64,000 nucleotides of DNA from Candidatus Sulfomarinibacteraceae bacterium (GTDB lineage: Bacteria > Acidobacteriota > Thermoanaerobaculia > Thermoanaerobaculales > Sulfomarinibacteraceae), in assembly GCA_963796455.1 (NCBI GenBank), contig CAWCLO010000003.1:96001-160000 (forward strand). The letters are read 5' to 3'. The translations under genes were made by a program, and so were the position numbers. The notes beneath the pieces were generated by a model, which worked only from the letters and a program-made list of their open reading frames with translations, was not told the DNA's origin and did not search any database. Below are positions 30,652-41,186 of the stretch, piece by piece (the stretch's first letter is position 1; the number at the start of each line of letters is the position of its first letter).

Positions 30652-30778
30652 GAAGCTCCCCCCAACAAAAAGATACGGCCCCGACTGGCTGCCACCAACC
30701 GGAGCCCGGAGAATTGTACGGCATCATCGGACGATTGTTCTGCCGCCTGCTATAACGGATCCTAGGAGAAAGGTTGTC

Positions 30779-31759
30779 ATGACGCCACCACAACTCGATC
30801 TCGACGGCTTCCAGCGGCTTCTGTGGGGCTTTGCCAGCCACCGGGTGATCACTGTCGCGGGTCGGACCGGCATGCTCCGCCTGCTGGCAGAACGATCAGT
30901 ATCACCGGAAGAAATCGCAACGGAGCTCGACCTCGACCCTTTGGCCGCCGGAAAAATCGTGAGAGCCTTGACCTCACTCGGCATCGCCGAGTCGGATGAG
31001 GGGCGATACCACGCCGCGACGACCTTGAGAGAGTTTTTTCGCGACGGTGATCACGACGTGGTGCCCTTTCTCGAGCACTCACACTCGATGTATGAACGGT
31101 GGGGTGACACTCTCGAGCCTTGGCTTCGCGGCGAGCAATGGCCGGTCGCGGAGCGTACGCCCGATGAGATCCACCGTTTTGGCGCGGCGATGCGGGCAAT
31201 GGGAGCGCAACAGGCGCGGCGCGTCGCCGGTCTTCTGGATCTTGAAGGAGTGAACAGGCTCCTCGATGTCGGCGGCGGTTGGGGCCATTTTGCCCAGGCA
31301 CTGTGTTCGGTTCGACCGGATCTGTCCGCCGTCGTCCTCGACACACCAGCCGTCGTCGAGCAGGCACGACGGGAGCTCGTCGGTTCCGTGTTCGAGGAGC
31401 GTATTGATTTTCTCGCAGGAGATTACCTTCAGACCGACTACGGATCGGACTTCGATATGGTGCTCTTCGCCAACGTGCTGCACCAGGAAACCGCCGAGCG
31501 GGCCGCCGAGATGGTGCGGCGGGGCGTTCAGTGCCTGGCTCCGGGTGGCTGGGTGACGGTGGTCGATTTCGCGATCGACGACCGGCAGCACGAGCATGTG
31601 CTCGGAGCCCTGTTCGCCATCAACATGCGCTCCTTTGGAGATACCTGGACCGAAAAAACGATCAATGGTTGGCTGGCGGATGCCGGTCTCGGCGATTTTC
31701 AACGAACCGACGTCGGACCTGATCGATGGATTCTGAGTGGACGGAAGCCGATGACCTGA
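30779..31759 (+). CDS. O-methyltransferase (dimerisation + Methyltransf_2 domains)
   Basis: LLDVGGGWG, AGDY, NVLH. Confidence 0.88.
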   Translation: MTPPQLDLDGFQRLLWGFASHRVITVAGRTGMLRLLAERSVSPEEIATELDLDPLAAGKIVRALTSLGIAESDEGRYHAATTLREFFRDGDHDVVPFLEHSHSMYERWGDTLEPWLRGEQWPVAERTPDEIHRFGAAMRAMGAQQARRVAGLLDLEGVNRLLDVGGGWGHFAQALCSVRPDLSAVVLDTPAVVEQARRELVGSVFEERIDFLAGDYLQTDYGSDFDMVLFANVLHQETAERAAEMVRRGVQCLAPGGWVTVVDFAIDDRQHEHVLGALFAINMRSFGDTWTEKTINGWLADAGLGDFQRTDVGPDRWILSGRKPMT

Positions 31760-31784
31760 GGGGAGAGTACAGATCGCCTTCCCT

Positions 31785-31912
31785 GTCCGATCCCGATCCA
31801 TTCCCGAGAGTTCGGAGAATCGGGAAAGGGGGAAAGGGCGTCTGAAGTTCGAGTTCGAAAAAGACGGAGCGGAAAATCTCTCGCGATTTCTTTCTCCCGC
31901 TCCCTTTCCAGA
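31785..31912. repeat. Low-complexity inverted tract (TCCCGA/TCGGGA; GGGAAAGGG/CCCTTTCC) between convergent genes
   Basis: Direct inspection; degenerate. Confidence 0.45.
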
Positions 31913-31913
31913 A

Positions 31914-33107
31914 TCAGGCGGCGTCGGCGAGCACCGCCTCTTCCTCGGTGGATTCGTCATACAAAACCACTTCGGAGCCATCCCCATAGACGGCGGTGAA
32001 TCGTCCATTCTCGATGACCAGGGCTGACGGTCGTCCTTTGTAATGTGACTGCAGCATTCCCGTATCGATCAAAAAGACGCGGCCGCCAAAACGGCTGCCG
32101 ATGTTTTTGTCGCCCTGGACGGTGTGGCCGCTGACAACATGCCGGGCGCCGATTTCGTCGAGCAGGTGGGCGATCTCTTCGCCCCGGGTCGCCTCATCCC
32201 ACCTGGCAGAGCCTCGAAACCACAGCGGGCCGCCGGGGGTCTGCGAAATCCAGGCGTGAGAGCCGACGATGCCCTCGAGGGCCGGGTCCGGCCGGTTCCC
32301 CGAGCCCTCTTTGTTTTGACGAAGATAGGCATCGAGCATCACATTGAGGTCGGCGGTCACGGGGACCAGGTTCTTCTTGATCATATAAGCGCGGACCTTG
32401 TCGTATGCCGCAATTTCCGCAGCCACATCACGATTGATTTCGTCGATCGTGATCCCTTTCAGCTCCGGTCCGATCCCGGCGTGGACAAAAAGCACCCCAT
32501 CGATCAGTACCGAAACCGGCAAGGTGCGGAGCCATTTCCCATACACCCCATCGGCGCCCAGAGCGGCAATATATTCGAGATAGCCGGGGGGGTAGGTCTC
32601 CATCCATTGAGCCTTGACCTCGTTGTTGAACTCCGGAGTCCCGACACCCTCGGCCGCCGCGCGAACCTGCCAGTACTTTTTGAAATTCTTATAGCCGTCC
32701 TTACGGCGCTTTTCCGATTGATCATCCGCGAACTCGGCATAAACATCCGGATTGACGTCACGGAAAAAGCCGATCAGATTCATCGCTTCGTGGTTGCCGA
32801 GCAGACAAATCACCTTGCCCCCGGCCGCAGCGGCCTCGCCCTGGAGGCGAATCAAAAGATCCATCACCTCGCGAACATCGAGACCACGATCGAGGAGATC
32901 GCCCGTCTGGACCAGGGTCGTATCGCCACCGATCCAATGGGTATCGGAGTCAATCAACTCGGCGTGCTGCAGGATGGCGACCAGCCCTTCATAGCTGCCG
33001 TGCACATCGCCGACCGCCACAATTCGTTCACCGGCGGCGGCACCCGGTGCAAACGCGATAATTAGCGTGAGCGTCGGGAACAGAACATATTTCTTGTATT
33101 TCTTCAC
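31914..33107 (-). CDS. Metallophosphoesterase (Shewanella-like phosphatase family), secreted
   Basis: GDVHG, GDLLDRG, GNHE, HAG, GPLWFR, GHT, IDTG; start may be 33107 or 33113. Confidence 0.9.
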   Translation of the reverse strand: MKKYKKYVLFPTLTLIIAFAPGAAAGERIVAVGDVHGSYEGLVAILQHAELIDSDTHWIGGDTTLVQTGDLLDRGLDVREVMDLLIRLQGEAAAAGGKVICLLGNHEAMNLIGFFRDVNPDVYAEFADDQSEKRRKDGYKNFKKYWQVRAAAEGVGTPEFNNEVKAQWMETYPPGYLEYIAALGADGVYGKWLRTLPVSVLIDGVLFVHAGIGPELKGITIDEINRDVAAEIAAYDKVRAYMIKKNLVPVTADLNVMLDAYLRQNKEGSGNRPDPALEGIVGSHAWISQTPGGPLWFRGSARWDEATRGEEIAHLLDEIGARHVVSGHTVQGDKNIGSRFGGRVFLIDTGMLQSHYKGRPSALVIENGRFTAVYGDGSEVVLYDESTEEEAVLADAA

Positions 33108-33234
33108 GATCAAACTCCTCGAAAGTGTAACCCGTCACGTCCTCGTCGTCTTCCGGGGAATCGGATCGGCTCGGAATCCGGGCAGATCCCGCTTGCCAAC
33201 CGGTCCGCACAGAATGCCTCAACGACTCAGTGAC

Positions 33235-34695
33235 TCAGTCCTTGGTCTTGATCATCATCGACCCTACGGCCATGATGAGCGTACTGATCACGAGGGCACA
33301 GGTCGCGGGCACAGCCGGGTTGTTGTGGTAGTGGGTTATGCCGCCGTAGTACATCCCGAAATGAACCAACAGGGCCACGCTCGCCGCGATCAAGACCAAC
33401 GGTGCCGAGCTGCGACGGGAAAAGATGCCGAAAAGCACCGGCGCAAAGGTGGCGGCAAAAACAGCATAGATTCCGTTCTGGGCAAAAATGGCTACCGACA
33501 ACGGCTGATCGACGATCTGCCACCAGGCCAGAAGGAGGGTGATCGGCGCCAGGACCAGCAGAAAGATCCTCCCCACGAGGAGCAGTTGGCCGCGCAGCTT
33601 GTCCTCCGCCACCCCACGGGCCCTCGCGATGGTTCCGTAGAAGTCGTTACCAAAAATCGTCGAGAGGGCGAGGATCACGCCCTCGAGGGTCGAAAACCCG
33701 GCCGCCAGGACACCGAGCATGATGAAAGCGCGGAGACCGGGAGCAAAGCCCGCCGTAATGTACTCGGCCACCACCTGATCCGGCCGGAAATCGGCACCGA
33801 TCTCGAGCCGGGCGTAGAGCCCGACCAGCATCACCGAGGTAAAGACCGTGCCCGCAATCATCGCGGTCACGAGATAGGTGTTGACATCACGTTCAGATCG
33901 CAGATAAAGCGATTTCGAAATGATGTGTGGCTGCATGATGATGGCGAGTCCGATGATGAAGTTGGCAACAACCACCTCGAAAAAATCCCGAAACAGCAGA
34001 CTGTCCGGGTTGGTCATGCTGCCGTAGTGCGGAGCCACAGCATCCAGGGTCGAAAAGAAACCACCCAGGCCGTCGGCGAAGATCGCAGCTCCCGAAGCGA
34101 CCAGAATCAGCGCGACCGCCAGCATGGTGATGGCCTGGACACTGTTCGACCACACGTGGAGACTGGCGCCACCGAAGAGGATATATCCAAAGGTGAAGAC
34201 GACCACCATGATCAGGGCCGGCCACAAACCGATCTGGAGCACGGCCATCATCACGACGACGATCGCGGTGACGATCAGAACCAGGAAGGTGATCTGGAGC
34301 ATGCTGACGAGAGCAAAGAAGATGGTCAGCCGCCGGTCGCCAAATCTTTCGCCGAGCCACTGCGGGACGGTGAGGACAGTGAACTGGTCTCCGACCCTTC
34401 GGAAGCGCTTGCTGGTGACAACCAGACCGATGAAAATCCCGGCGGGCGCGGCAAGACCATAACCCACGATGCCGGCCCATCCATAGGCGTGGATCAGCCC
34501 CGGATTGATCACGAAGGTCGCAACAGAGGTCATGTTGGCCGCCAGGGACAAACCGACGAAGAACGGAGGCACCTGCCTCGAACCGACCGAAAACGACTCG
34601 ATGTCCGTTGAGCGCCGGCGGCCGCGCCACGCGAGCCATACGATCACCGAGGCATAAGCGATCAGGAGGGTCCAGGGGAGGAAGGTTTCGGGCAT
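33235..34695 (-). CDS. Sodium:solute symporter family protein
   Basis: About 13 TMs; TVPQWLGERF, PHII, AAGFST. Confidence 0.9.
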   Translation of the reverse strand: MPETFLPWTLLIAYASVIVWLAWRGRRRSTDIESFSVGSRQVPPFFVGLSLAANMTSVATFVINPGLIHAYGWAGIVGYGLAAPAGIFIGLVVTSKRFRRVGDQFTVLTVPQWLGERFGDRRLTIFFALVSMLQITFLVLIVTAIVVVMMAVLQIGLWPALIMVVVFTFGYILFGGASLHVWSNSVQAITMLAVALILVASGAAIFADGLGGFFSTLDAVAPHYGSMTNPDSLLFRDFFEVVVANFIIGLAIIMQPHIISKSLYLRSERDVNTYLVTAMIAGTVFTSVMLVGLYARLEIGADFRPDQVVAEYITAGFAPGLRAFIMLGVLAAGFSTLEGVILALSTIFGNDFYGTIARARGVAEDKLRGQLLLVGRIFLLVLAPITLLLAWWQIVDQPLSVAIFAQNGIYAVFAATFAPVLFGIFSRRSSAPLVLIAASVALLVHFGMYYGGITHYHNNPAVPATCALVISTLIMAVGSMMIKTKD

Positions 34696-34756
34696 TTAAG
34701 AGGTCCTCTCGTGCTGATTTACAGTGCAGTCGATTTCACTGAGTTCACGGAAAATT

Positions 34757-34880
34757 TGAGTTCGGAGTTCGGAGTTCGGAATGCTGAAGATCGGGCCTTG
34801 CGGTGCGTCACCTGTTGCCCACCATTTCGCTCTCAAGCCGGCAATCCGGCAACTCAGAATTCCGAATTCCGAACTCAACA
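34757..34880. repeat. (GAGTTCG)n ... (TCCGAAT/CCGAACT)n heptamer inverted repeat
   Basis: Abuts the holB stop codon. Confidence 0.8.
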
Positions 34881-35795
34881 CTATCCGAGCTCCCCCTGCC
34901 ACTTCATCAGACAGGAAACGATCTGCGATCGAGCATTGAGATTCAGGGCGCGGGCTCGACGTTCGACAGCCAACAGGTCCGCCGCCAGGCGGACAAGCTC
35001 TTCAGACTCTTCTTCGGCACGGGTTTCCGCCGCCATCTCCATGGCGCCGGCCGCTACCACCGCAAAGGGCCTGACCTCGGCCGGGAGCGCGTACGGGAGC
35101 TGGAGGAGCTCTTTGCTGCCCCCCTGGAGACCGGCGGATAGAGCCTTCTTGACATCCCCCACGACACTCTCGAGATCTTCAGATGATTGCGCAGACGCGA
35201 GCTCGGGTATGGCCATCTCGGCAAAAAGATCGCGGGCGATCGCGACCGGCCCGGGTAGGACGAGCTGTTGGCAACGGGAACGGATGGTCGGAAGAACGGC
35301 CATGGGGTTCGAGGCCAACAGAATCAAGAACGCGTGCGCGGGTGGTTCCTCGAGGACTTTGAGAAAGGCGTTGGCCGCCTCTTTCTGAAAATGTTCCACT
35401 TCCACACCATCGAGGATCCACACTCGCCGCCGGCCCTCGAAGGGACGCCCCGGAATGGTCGTGACGATGTCGCGGATCCGATCGATTTTAATGATGTTTT
35501 TCTTACCGCTCGGCTGCACCGCCTCCACATCAGGGTGCAGGCCCACGCGCAAACGATCGGCGCAGTTGCTCTGGGCCCACGGTTGATCCGCGCCCTCACA
35601 GGTCAGCAGAGCGGCAATTTCGACGGCCGCCAACTCGCGACCGAGACCCGGCGGGCCGATCAGAAGCAAGGCGTGCGGAAGACGGTCCCGGTCGCGCGCC
35701 CGAAGGATTTTTTCGAGCATCGGCCGCACGACTTCTCCCCAACGCTCCCGGTCGAGAGCGGCCTCACCCCACCAGGGGACCCGGTCGCCGCTCAC
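34881..35795 (-). CDS. holB: DNA polymerase III delta' subunit
   Basis: HALLLIGPPGLG, HPDV, AANAFLKVLEEPP, LPTIRSRCQ; downstream of tmk. Confidence 0.88.
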   Translation of the reverse strand: MSGDRVPWWGEAALDRERWGEVVRPMLEKILRARDRDRLPHALLLIGPPGLGRELAAVEIAALLTCEGADQPWAQSNCADRLRVGLHPDVEAVQPSGKKNIIKIDRIRDIVTTIPGRPFEGRRRVWILDGVEVEHFQKEAANAFLKVLEEPPAHAFLILLASNPMAVLPTIRSRCQQLVLPGPVAIARDLFAEMAIPELASAQSSEDLESVVGDVKKALSAGLQGGSKELLQLPYALPAEVRPFAVVAAGAMEMAAETRAEEESEELVRLAADLLAVERRARALNLNARSQIVSCLMKWQGELG

Positions 35796-36427
35796 GACAA
35801 CTCCGCGGGAATCACTCTGAGTATTCGGGTAAATACCTCATCGGGCTCACCATCGGCAGCCACGACCCGGAATCGATTCGGCGACGCTTCGGCCAATTCC
35901 AGAAAGCCCTCGCGAACGCGTTGGTGAAAGGCACTCGGCTCGTCGTCGAGTCGGCTCTCGGCGCCATCCCCGTCGGCATTTCGGACCCGCGCCCGCTCCA
36001 GACCCGATTCGTGGTCGAGATCCAGGACCACCGTCAGATCGGGCTCGAGGCCGTCGGTGGCGATCCGATTGAGATCGATGGTTCGATCGACCCCGACCCC
36101 GCGAACCAGACCCTGGTAGACGACCGATGAATCCGCAAACCGATCGCAGAGCACGACCCGCCCGAGTTCCAGCGCCGGTCGAATCACTCTCTGGACGTGA
36201 TCCCGTCGTGCCGCCTCGAGGAGAAAGAGCTCGGTCAGACCATCCGGCTCCATCGCGGGATCGAGCAGCAGCGCCCGCGCCGCCTCGGCAACCGGCGTGC
36301 CTCCGGGCTCCCGGGTGACCACCACCATCAGTCCTCGCGCACGCATATGCTCCGCCAGGAGCTCGATCTGGGTGCTCTTGCCGGTCCCCTCACCGCCTTC
36401 AAAACTGATGAACCAACCCTTGATCAT
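35792..36427 (-). CDS. tmk: Thymidylate kinase
   Basis: FEGGEGTGKST, TREPGGT, CDRFADSS. Confidence 0.96.
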   Translation of the reverse strand: MIKGWFISFEGGEGTGKSTQIELLAEHMRARGLMVVVTREPGGTPVAEAARALLLDPAMEPDGLTELFLLEAARRDHVQRVIRPALELGRVVLCDRFADSSVVYQGLVRGVGVDRTIDLNRIATDGLEPDLTVVLDLDHESGLERARVRNADGDGAESRLDDEPSAFHQRVREGFLELAEASPNRFRVVAADGEPDEVFTRILRVIPAELS

Positions 36428-36459
36428 TGAGGGATTATAGCCGCACCCCAACGTCGCAT

Positions 36460-37331
36460 CGAACCACAACGAAATCGAGGCAGAGAAACGCGGGCATCCC
36501 TCATCGCAGCCACCAAGACAAACGGGAACCAAGGCATCGCGATGCAGCGCAATTTGCCCACAGATCACGCAGATGACAGCCTGATTGCGAAGGCGTCAGC
36601 CATCTCTGCAATCGAAACGCGTCAGCTTCGGGGTTTTTCAACGCAAAGGCGCAATGGCAGCCGAACTGCTGGATCGATATTGCCAAGAGTCGTATTGAAC
36701 GCAGAGGCGCAGAGGACTTCCCGGAAGACTCCTGCGCAGTCGCGCAGGTCTCGCCTCCTTCCTCCCCCTTTCTTCAATCAAGGGAGGATGTCACCGATGC
36801 AAGGCAGATCCGGCATGCCGTAGGCTTGCCGGTCGGTGGGAAGCGGGGTGACTCCGAGCGCTGGCGATCAGAGGCGCCCCGCTTCTCACCGGCGACGGGC
36901 GATCGAAGATCGTCTGTCGATCTGCCGACACTGATGGCAACACCGCTCAATTTCGCCTACCAGACCTTGGCGTCTTTGCGACTTTGCGTTCTTTGCGTTC
37001 TTCGCGGTTCAACCATGTGCACGCGAGACGCGTGCACCACCATGGTGGTGCAGCCGTCTCGGCTGCACTCCGGTCGTGCCTTTGCGATGGCTTCTGTGTT
37101 TTTCTGTGTGTTCTGTGAGCCTTTGCGCCAGCTCTCTGTGTTCTCTCTCTCTGTGTCTCCGTGCCTCTGTGGTTTTCTTGGTGTGACGCCTTCGTGTCTT
37201 TGTGTCTTCGTGGTTGCGACGAGTATGCGATGGATCTGGGTCCATCTGGGTGATCTGTGGGCAAATCCGATCCGTTTCCTGTCGATAGCGATGATCAAAT
37301 CTGCGTTCATCTGCGTTATCTGCGGTTTCTC
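36460..37331. repeat. Nested cluster of heterogeneous short-period inverted-repeat arms around a GC hairpin core
   Basis: Purine-rich arms at 36460-36716, pyrimidine-rich arms at 36966-37331; 36552-36575 matches the reverse complement of 37243-37266 at 23/24. Confidence 0.75.
37017..37068. repeat. Pair of inverted REP-like palindromes (GTGGTGCA-nn-CGTCTCG-nn-TGCAC)
   Basis: Two covarying hairpins; same family at 45584-45634. Confidence 0.75.
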
Positions 37332-37401
37332 CTGAACAAGGATCTTCCGCATCGGACAGGAGGGCGAGCCCTGGGTCTCTGTGGCTGTCCGAAGGTGGGA
37401 T

Positions 37402-38286
37402 TCAACCCTGACCGATGACCTTCAAGAACGCTTCTTCAGCCCGGTAGGACGACCGCACGAAGGGGCCGGCGAAGATCTCCAGACCGAGTTCCGTACCGGC
37501 GGTCTCGAGTTCTGCAAACTCCTCCGGCGTCCAAAAACGCTCCACCGGCACCTGTTGTGGGGTCGGCTGGAGGTACTGACCGATTGTGACGGCCTGGCAG
37601 CCGGCCTCTCGCAAATCGCCGAGCACCTCGAGGATCTCGTCACGGGTCTCACCGAGACCGACCATCAACCCGGATTTTCGAAGCATTGTGGTGTCGCGTT
37701 CGGCAACCCGCCGTAGCACGTCGAGAGCCCACTCATATCGTCCCGACCGGCGAACCTCACGATACAACCGCGGGATGGTCTCCACGTTGTGGTTGTACAC
37801 CTCGGGGCCGGCGTCGATGATCCGATCGACAGAAGCCATGTCGCCGCGAAAATCAGGGGTCAGAACTTCAATCTTGGGGGGAGACTCGAGCTCCCGAAGA
37901 CCCTCGATGCAGGCCACAAAACCGCCGGCCCCACCATCCGGGAGATCGTCACGATCGACGGCGGTGATCACCACGTGTTCGAGCTTCATTTCGACCACCG
38001 CCTCGACCAGTTGCCGAGCTTCGCCCGGATCGATGGCGGAAGGCCGACCGTGAGCGATCGAACAGTAGGAACAATTGCGCGTGCAGACGCGGCCGTTGAT
38101 CAAGAATGTGGCCGTGCCGCGCGAAAAGCACTCGGAGCGATTGGGGCAACGGGCCTCCTCGCAAACCGTGTGCAATCCTCCCGACCGCATCCGCTTCTTG
38201 ATCTCGTGCAGCTCACCGAGCTGGAGACGGCGCGCCCGTATCCACTCCGGCAGCGCCGGTCCCGGTCCGCGGCCGCCAAAGGTCAA
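37402..38286 (-). CDS. lipA: Lipoyl synthase
   Basis: CEEARCPNRSEC, CTRNCSYC, NHNVET, GQYLQP, VRSSY. Confidence 0.96.
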   Translation of the reverse strand: MTFGGRGPGPALPEWIRARRLQLGELHEIKKRMRSGGLHTVCEEARCPNRSECFSRGTATFLINGRVCTRNCSYCSIAHGRPSAIDPGEARQLVEAVVEMKLEHVVITAVDRDDLPDGGAGGFVACIEGLRELESPPKIEVLTPDFRGDMASVDRIIDAGPEVYNHNVETIPRLYREVRRSGRYEWALDVLRRVAERDTTMLRKSGLMVGLGETRDEILEVLGDLREAGCQAVTIGQYLQPTPQQVPVERFWTPEEFAELETAGTELGLEIFAGPFVRSSYRAEEAFLKVIGQG

Positions 38287-38849
38287 GGTGAGACCACCCA
38301 GGAATCGGGGAAACCGGAAGAGCTCATCCGCTGCGCCACACGATCGGCGGACGCGCGGTCGGGGAAGGGGCCGATCCGGAGCTTGTACAGCGTCACGTTG
38401 TTGTCGTCGACGGTGGTGAGATGTTGGTGATCGCCGGCAAATCCGAGTTTTTCCAGTTTGTCCCGCGCCTGCGCGATCGGCACAGACTGCGACGACGCCA
38501 GAACCTGGACGAAGAACTCGGTCTCGACCTTCGTAGCGGTGGGCGCAGGGGTCGGGGGTCGCGTCGGTTCCGGAGTCGAGGTCGCGGTCGGCTCCGGCGG
38601 TGGTGTCGATGTCGGCCGCGCCTCAGGCTGTGGCACCTCGGTCGGAATCACGACCTCGGGAATCTCGGTTTCGGTCGGAGCCGCCTGCAGGGCGGTCATG
38701 GTTTCCGTCTGACCGGTCTCACTCGAAATGACCGACCAGGCCGCGCCATAGCCGAGAGCGAAGGCCAGAACCATCACCAGGGCCAACGCCACCAGGAGCA
38801 CGGTCAACCAGCGTGCGGTGAGTTCAATCACGTAATAGCTTCGACTCAT
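38283..38849 (-). CDS. SPOR domain protein (TM, Pro/Thr linker)
   Basis: FFVQV...YKLRIGPF...A pattern. Confidence 0.85.
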   Translation of the reverse strand: MSRSYYVIELTARWLTVLLVALALVMVLAFALGYGAAWSVISSETGQTETMTALQAAPTETEIPEVVIPTEVPQPEARPTSTPPPEPTATSTPEPTRPPTPAPTATKVETEFFVQVLASSQSVPIAQARDKLEKLGFAGDHQHLTTVDDNNVTLYKLRIGPFPDRASADRVAQRMSSSGFPDSWVVSP

Positions 38850-38913
38850 AATCAGATCTCGATTTTCCGGCGGCCGTTCTCCCGTCCCATTTCGGAGAAC
38901 AGCAGACCGCTGC

Positions 38914-39684
38914 TTATTCTTTCGTGTCCAGCATGCCCGTCAGGGCCTCCATCATCTTGATCGGCACCGGGAACACGATGGTCGTGGCGTTCTCGGTGGA
39001 GATCTCGGTCAGCGTCTGCAGGTAACGGAGTTGAATCGTGATCGGGTTGCCCTCCATGACGTCAGCCGCCTGGGCAAGTTTCTGCGAAGCCTCGTACTCA
39101 CCCGATGCGTGGATGATCTTGGCCCGCTTCTCACGTTCGGCCTCGGCCTGCTTGGCGATGGCCCGTTGCATGTCCGGCGGCAGGTCGACGTGCTTGACCT
39201 CGACCATCGAGACCTTGACACCCCACGGATCGGAGTGCTGGTCGATGATCTCCTGCAGGCGAACGTTGACCTCTTCGCGTTTGCTCAAAAGGTCGTCGAG
39301 ATCGACCTCGCCGAGCACTGCCCGCAAGGTGGTCTGGGCGAGCTGAGAGGTCGCGTAGACGTAGTTCTCCACATCCACCACCGCCTTGATCGGATTCATG
39401 ACCCGGAAATAGACCACCGCGTTGACCTTGACCGAGACGTTGTCGCGGGTGATCACGTCCTGTGGCGGGATGTCGTGAACGACGGTCCGCAGACTCATCT
39501 TGACCATCCGGTCGATCGGCCAGAAGACAAAGACGAAACCAGGGCCCTTGGGCTCTTGCAGTACGCGTCCAAGGCGGAAGATCACACCCCGCTCGTATTC
39601 GTTGAGGATGTTGATCCACTTGAAAATGATAAAAACACCGAAGAAGATCACCAAACCGAGGCCGGATCCGAGAACTCCCATCAT
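38914..39684 (-). CDS. SPFH/stomatin-like (slipin) protein
   Basis: [31 protein letters not shown]. Confidence 0.95.
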   Translation of the reverse strand: MMGVLGSGLGLVIFFGVFIIFKWINILNEYERGVIFRLGRVLQEPKGPGFVFVFWPIDRMVKMSLRTVVHDIPPQDVITRDNVSVKVNAVVYFRVMNPIKAVVDVENYVYATSQLAQTTLRAVLGEVDLDDLLSKREEVNVRLQEIIDQHSDPWGVKVSMVEVKHVDLPPDMQRAIAKQAEAEREKRAKIIHASGEYEASQKLAQAADVMEGNPITIQLRYLQTLTEISTENATTIVFPVPIKMMEALTGMLDTKE

Positions 39685-40985
39685 GCACTCCCTTTCTCTG
39701 GGTCGCCGACGGCGACCACATCTATCCGACGGTCGCGAACCGCGACCACCCGCACCTGATCACCATCGTCGATTGGCGAACCGATATTATGCGCATCCCA
39801 ATACTCACCGTGCACCACCACCTTGCCCTTGGGCGAGATGGCGCCGATCGCCCGGCCGATTTCCCCGACCATTCCCTCAGGCCCGGTCATGGGGCGCTCT
39901 CGGTGCACTTTGAGGACGCGGTTGAGCAAGAAGACCGTCAAAAAGGCCACTGCCACGGCGGTTGGGAAGACTACCCCGAAGCTCACCCGCATGGCCGGTA
40001 TGGGCCCATCGAAGAGCATCAGGGAACCAAGGACGAAGGAGATCACACCGCCGATGGTCAAGAGACCATAACTGGCAACCTTGACCTCGAGGATGAAAAG
40101 AACCACGGCCACGAATATCAGCGCCACTCCGGCCCAGCTCACCGGCAGTACCGAAACCGAATAGAGCCCCAACAACAGGAAGATGACTCCGACGACTCCA
40201 GGCAGGATCCCGCCGGGATGGCTGATCTCGACATAGAGCCCGAGAGCCCCGAGAGCCATCAGGAGGTATGCAATATTGGGGTTTGCCAGCACCGAGAAAA
40301 GCCGTTCCGCAAAGCTCGGTTCAAAATCTACGGTCTGCAGCGGAGCGATCTCCAGAGTCTCCATTTTACCGTCGAATCGCTTGACTTCGACGCCCTCGAG
40401 GCGCTCCATCAAATCCGAGAAATCGGTTGCGATGAAATCGATCAGACCTTCCTCGAGCGCTTCCTCGGCAGTCAGGGAGATGCTTTCGCGAACCGTGCGC
40501 TCCGCGGTCTCCGGGTTGCGCCCCCGGCCTTCAGCCATTGATCGCACCATGGCCGCGGCGTCATTTGTAACCTTGTCGCGGACATCCTCGGGGAGATTCT
40601 CTCCCTGTCCACCAACCGGGTGGGCGGCACCGGTGTTGGTGCCGGGCGCCATTACCGCCACGTCGGCCGAGATGAGGATGAAGAAACCCGCAGAGGCGGC
40701 CCTCGCCCCGCCGGGGGTCACATAGACGACGACGGGAACCGGCGATGTCATGATCGCGCTGGTAATGTCCCGGGTCGTGTCGATCAGCCCTCCCGGGGTG
40801 TCCAACTCCATTACGACCAGAGAGGCTTGCATCTCAGCGGCCTCACTCAGGACCCTCTCGATGTACTGTTGCGATGCCGGCTGGATCGTGTCCTCGACCC
40901 GCATCCGAACCACCTCACCGGCCAGTGCCGGAACCGAAGCAGAAAGGAGGACCAACAGGAGAAGCCACAAAATTGAACGTCGCAT
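39681..40985 (-). CDS. nfeD: NfeD family membrane-bound serine protease
   Basis: LDTPGG, AASAG, GAAHPV, C-terminal GEYW OB domain; paired with the SPFH gene. Confidence 0.92.
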   Translation of the reverse strand: MRRSILWLLLLVLLSASVPALAGEVVRMRVEDTIQPASQQYIERVLSEAAEMQASLVVMELDTPGGLIDTTRDITSAIMTSPVPVVVYVTPGGARAASAGFFILISADVAVMAPGTNTGAAHPVGGQGENLPEDVRDKVTNDAAAMVRSMAEGRGRNPETAERTVRESISLTAEEALEEGLIDFIATDFSDLMERLEGVEVKRFDGKMETLEIAPLQTVDFEPSFAERLFSVLANPNIAYLLMALGALGLYVEISHPGGILPGVVGVIFLLLGLYSVSVLPVSWAGVALIFVAVVLFILEVKVASYGLLTIGGVISFVLGSLMLFDGPIPAMRVSFGVVFPTAVAVAFLTVFLLNRVLKVHRERPMTGPEGMVGEIGRAIGAISPKGKVVVHGEYWDAHNIGSPIDDGDQVRVVAVRDRRIDVVAVGDPEKGSA

Positions 40986-41186
40986 ATCGAAGATGATAGG
41001 CCCACTCGGGGCTGGCGACAAGGACCGGGCGCCCGATCCGCGGTGTATCGAGGTTTTTCGAGCCCCGTGATTGCCTTCGATTCGCCGTTGTTCCGGCTGT
41101 ATTGCCATGACACCACCTCTCCGACAGAGTTTTTTGTTGCTATCGACTACGTTGTTGGTTGATCTGGAATTCCGCGGAGGAGCAGG

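Noticed and set aside
33067..34611. Long antisense ORFs (also 12088-13674, 51653-53713, 2521-3900)
   Set aside because: Shadow frames opposite well-supported genes, expected from GC-rich codon bias
36460..37331. Integron attC array with xerD as the integrase
   Set aside because: AAC...GTT-like ends occur, but there is no RYYYAAC/GTTRRRY cassette structure or cassette ORFs; the recombinase has XerD motifs and lacks the IntI insertion
36826..37352. ORFs 36826-37335 (+), 36947-37264 (-), 36957-37352 (-)
   Set aside because: Translations mirror the low-complexity repeat arms (LCVLCVLRG, SVSPCLCG, ICVICG); no RBS or domain
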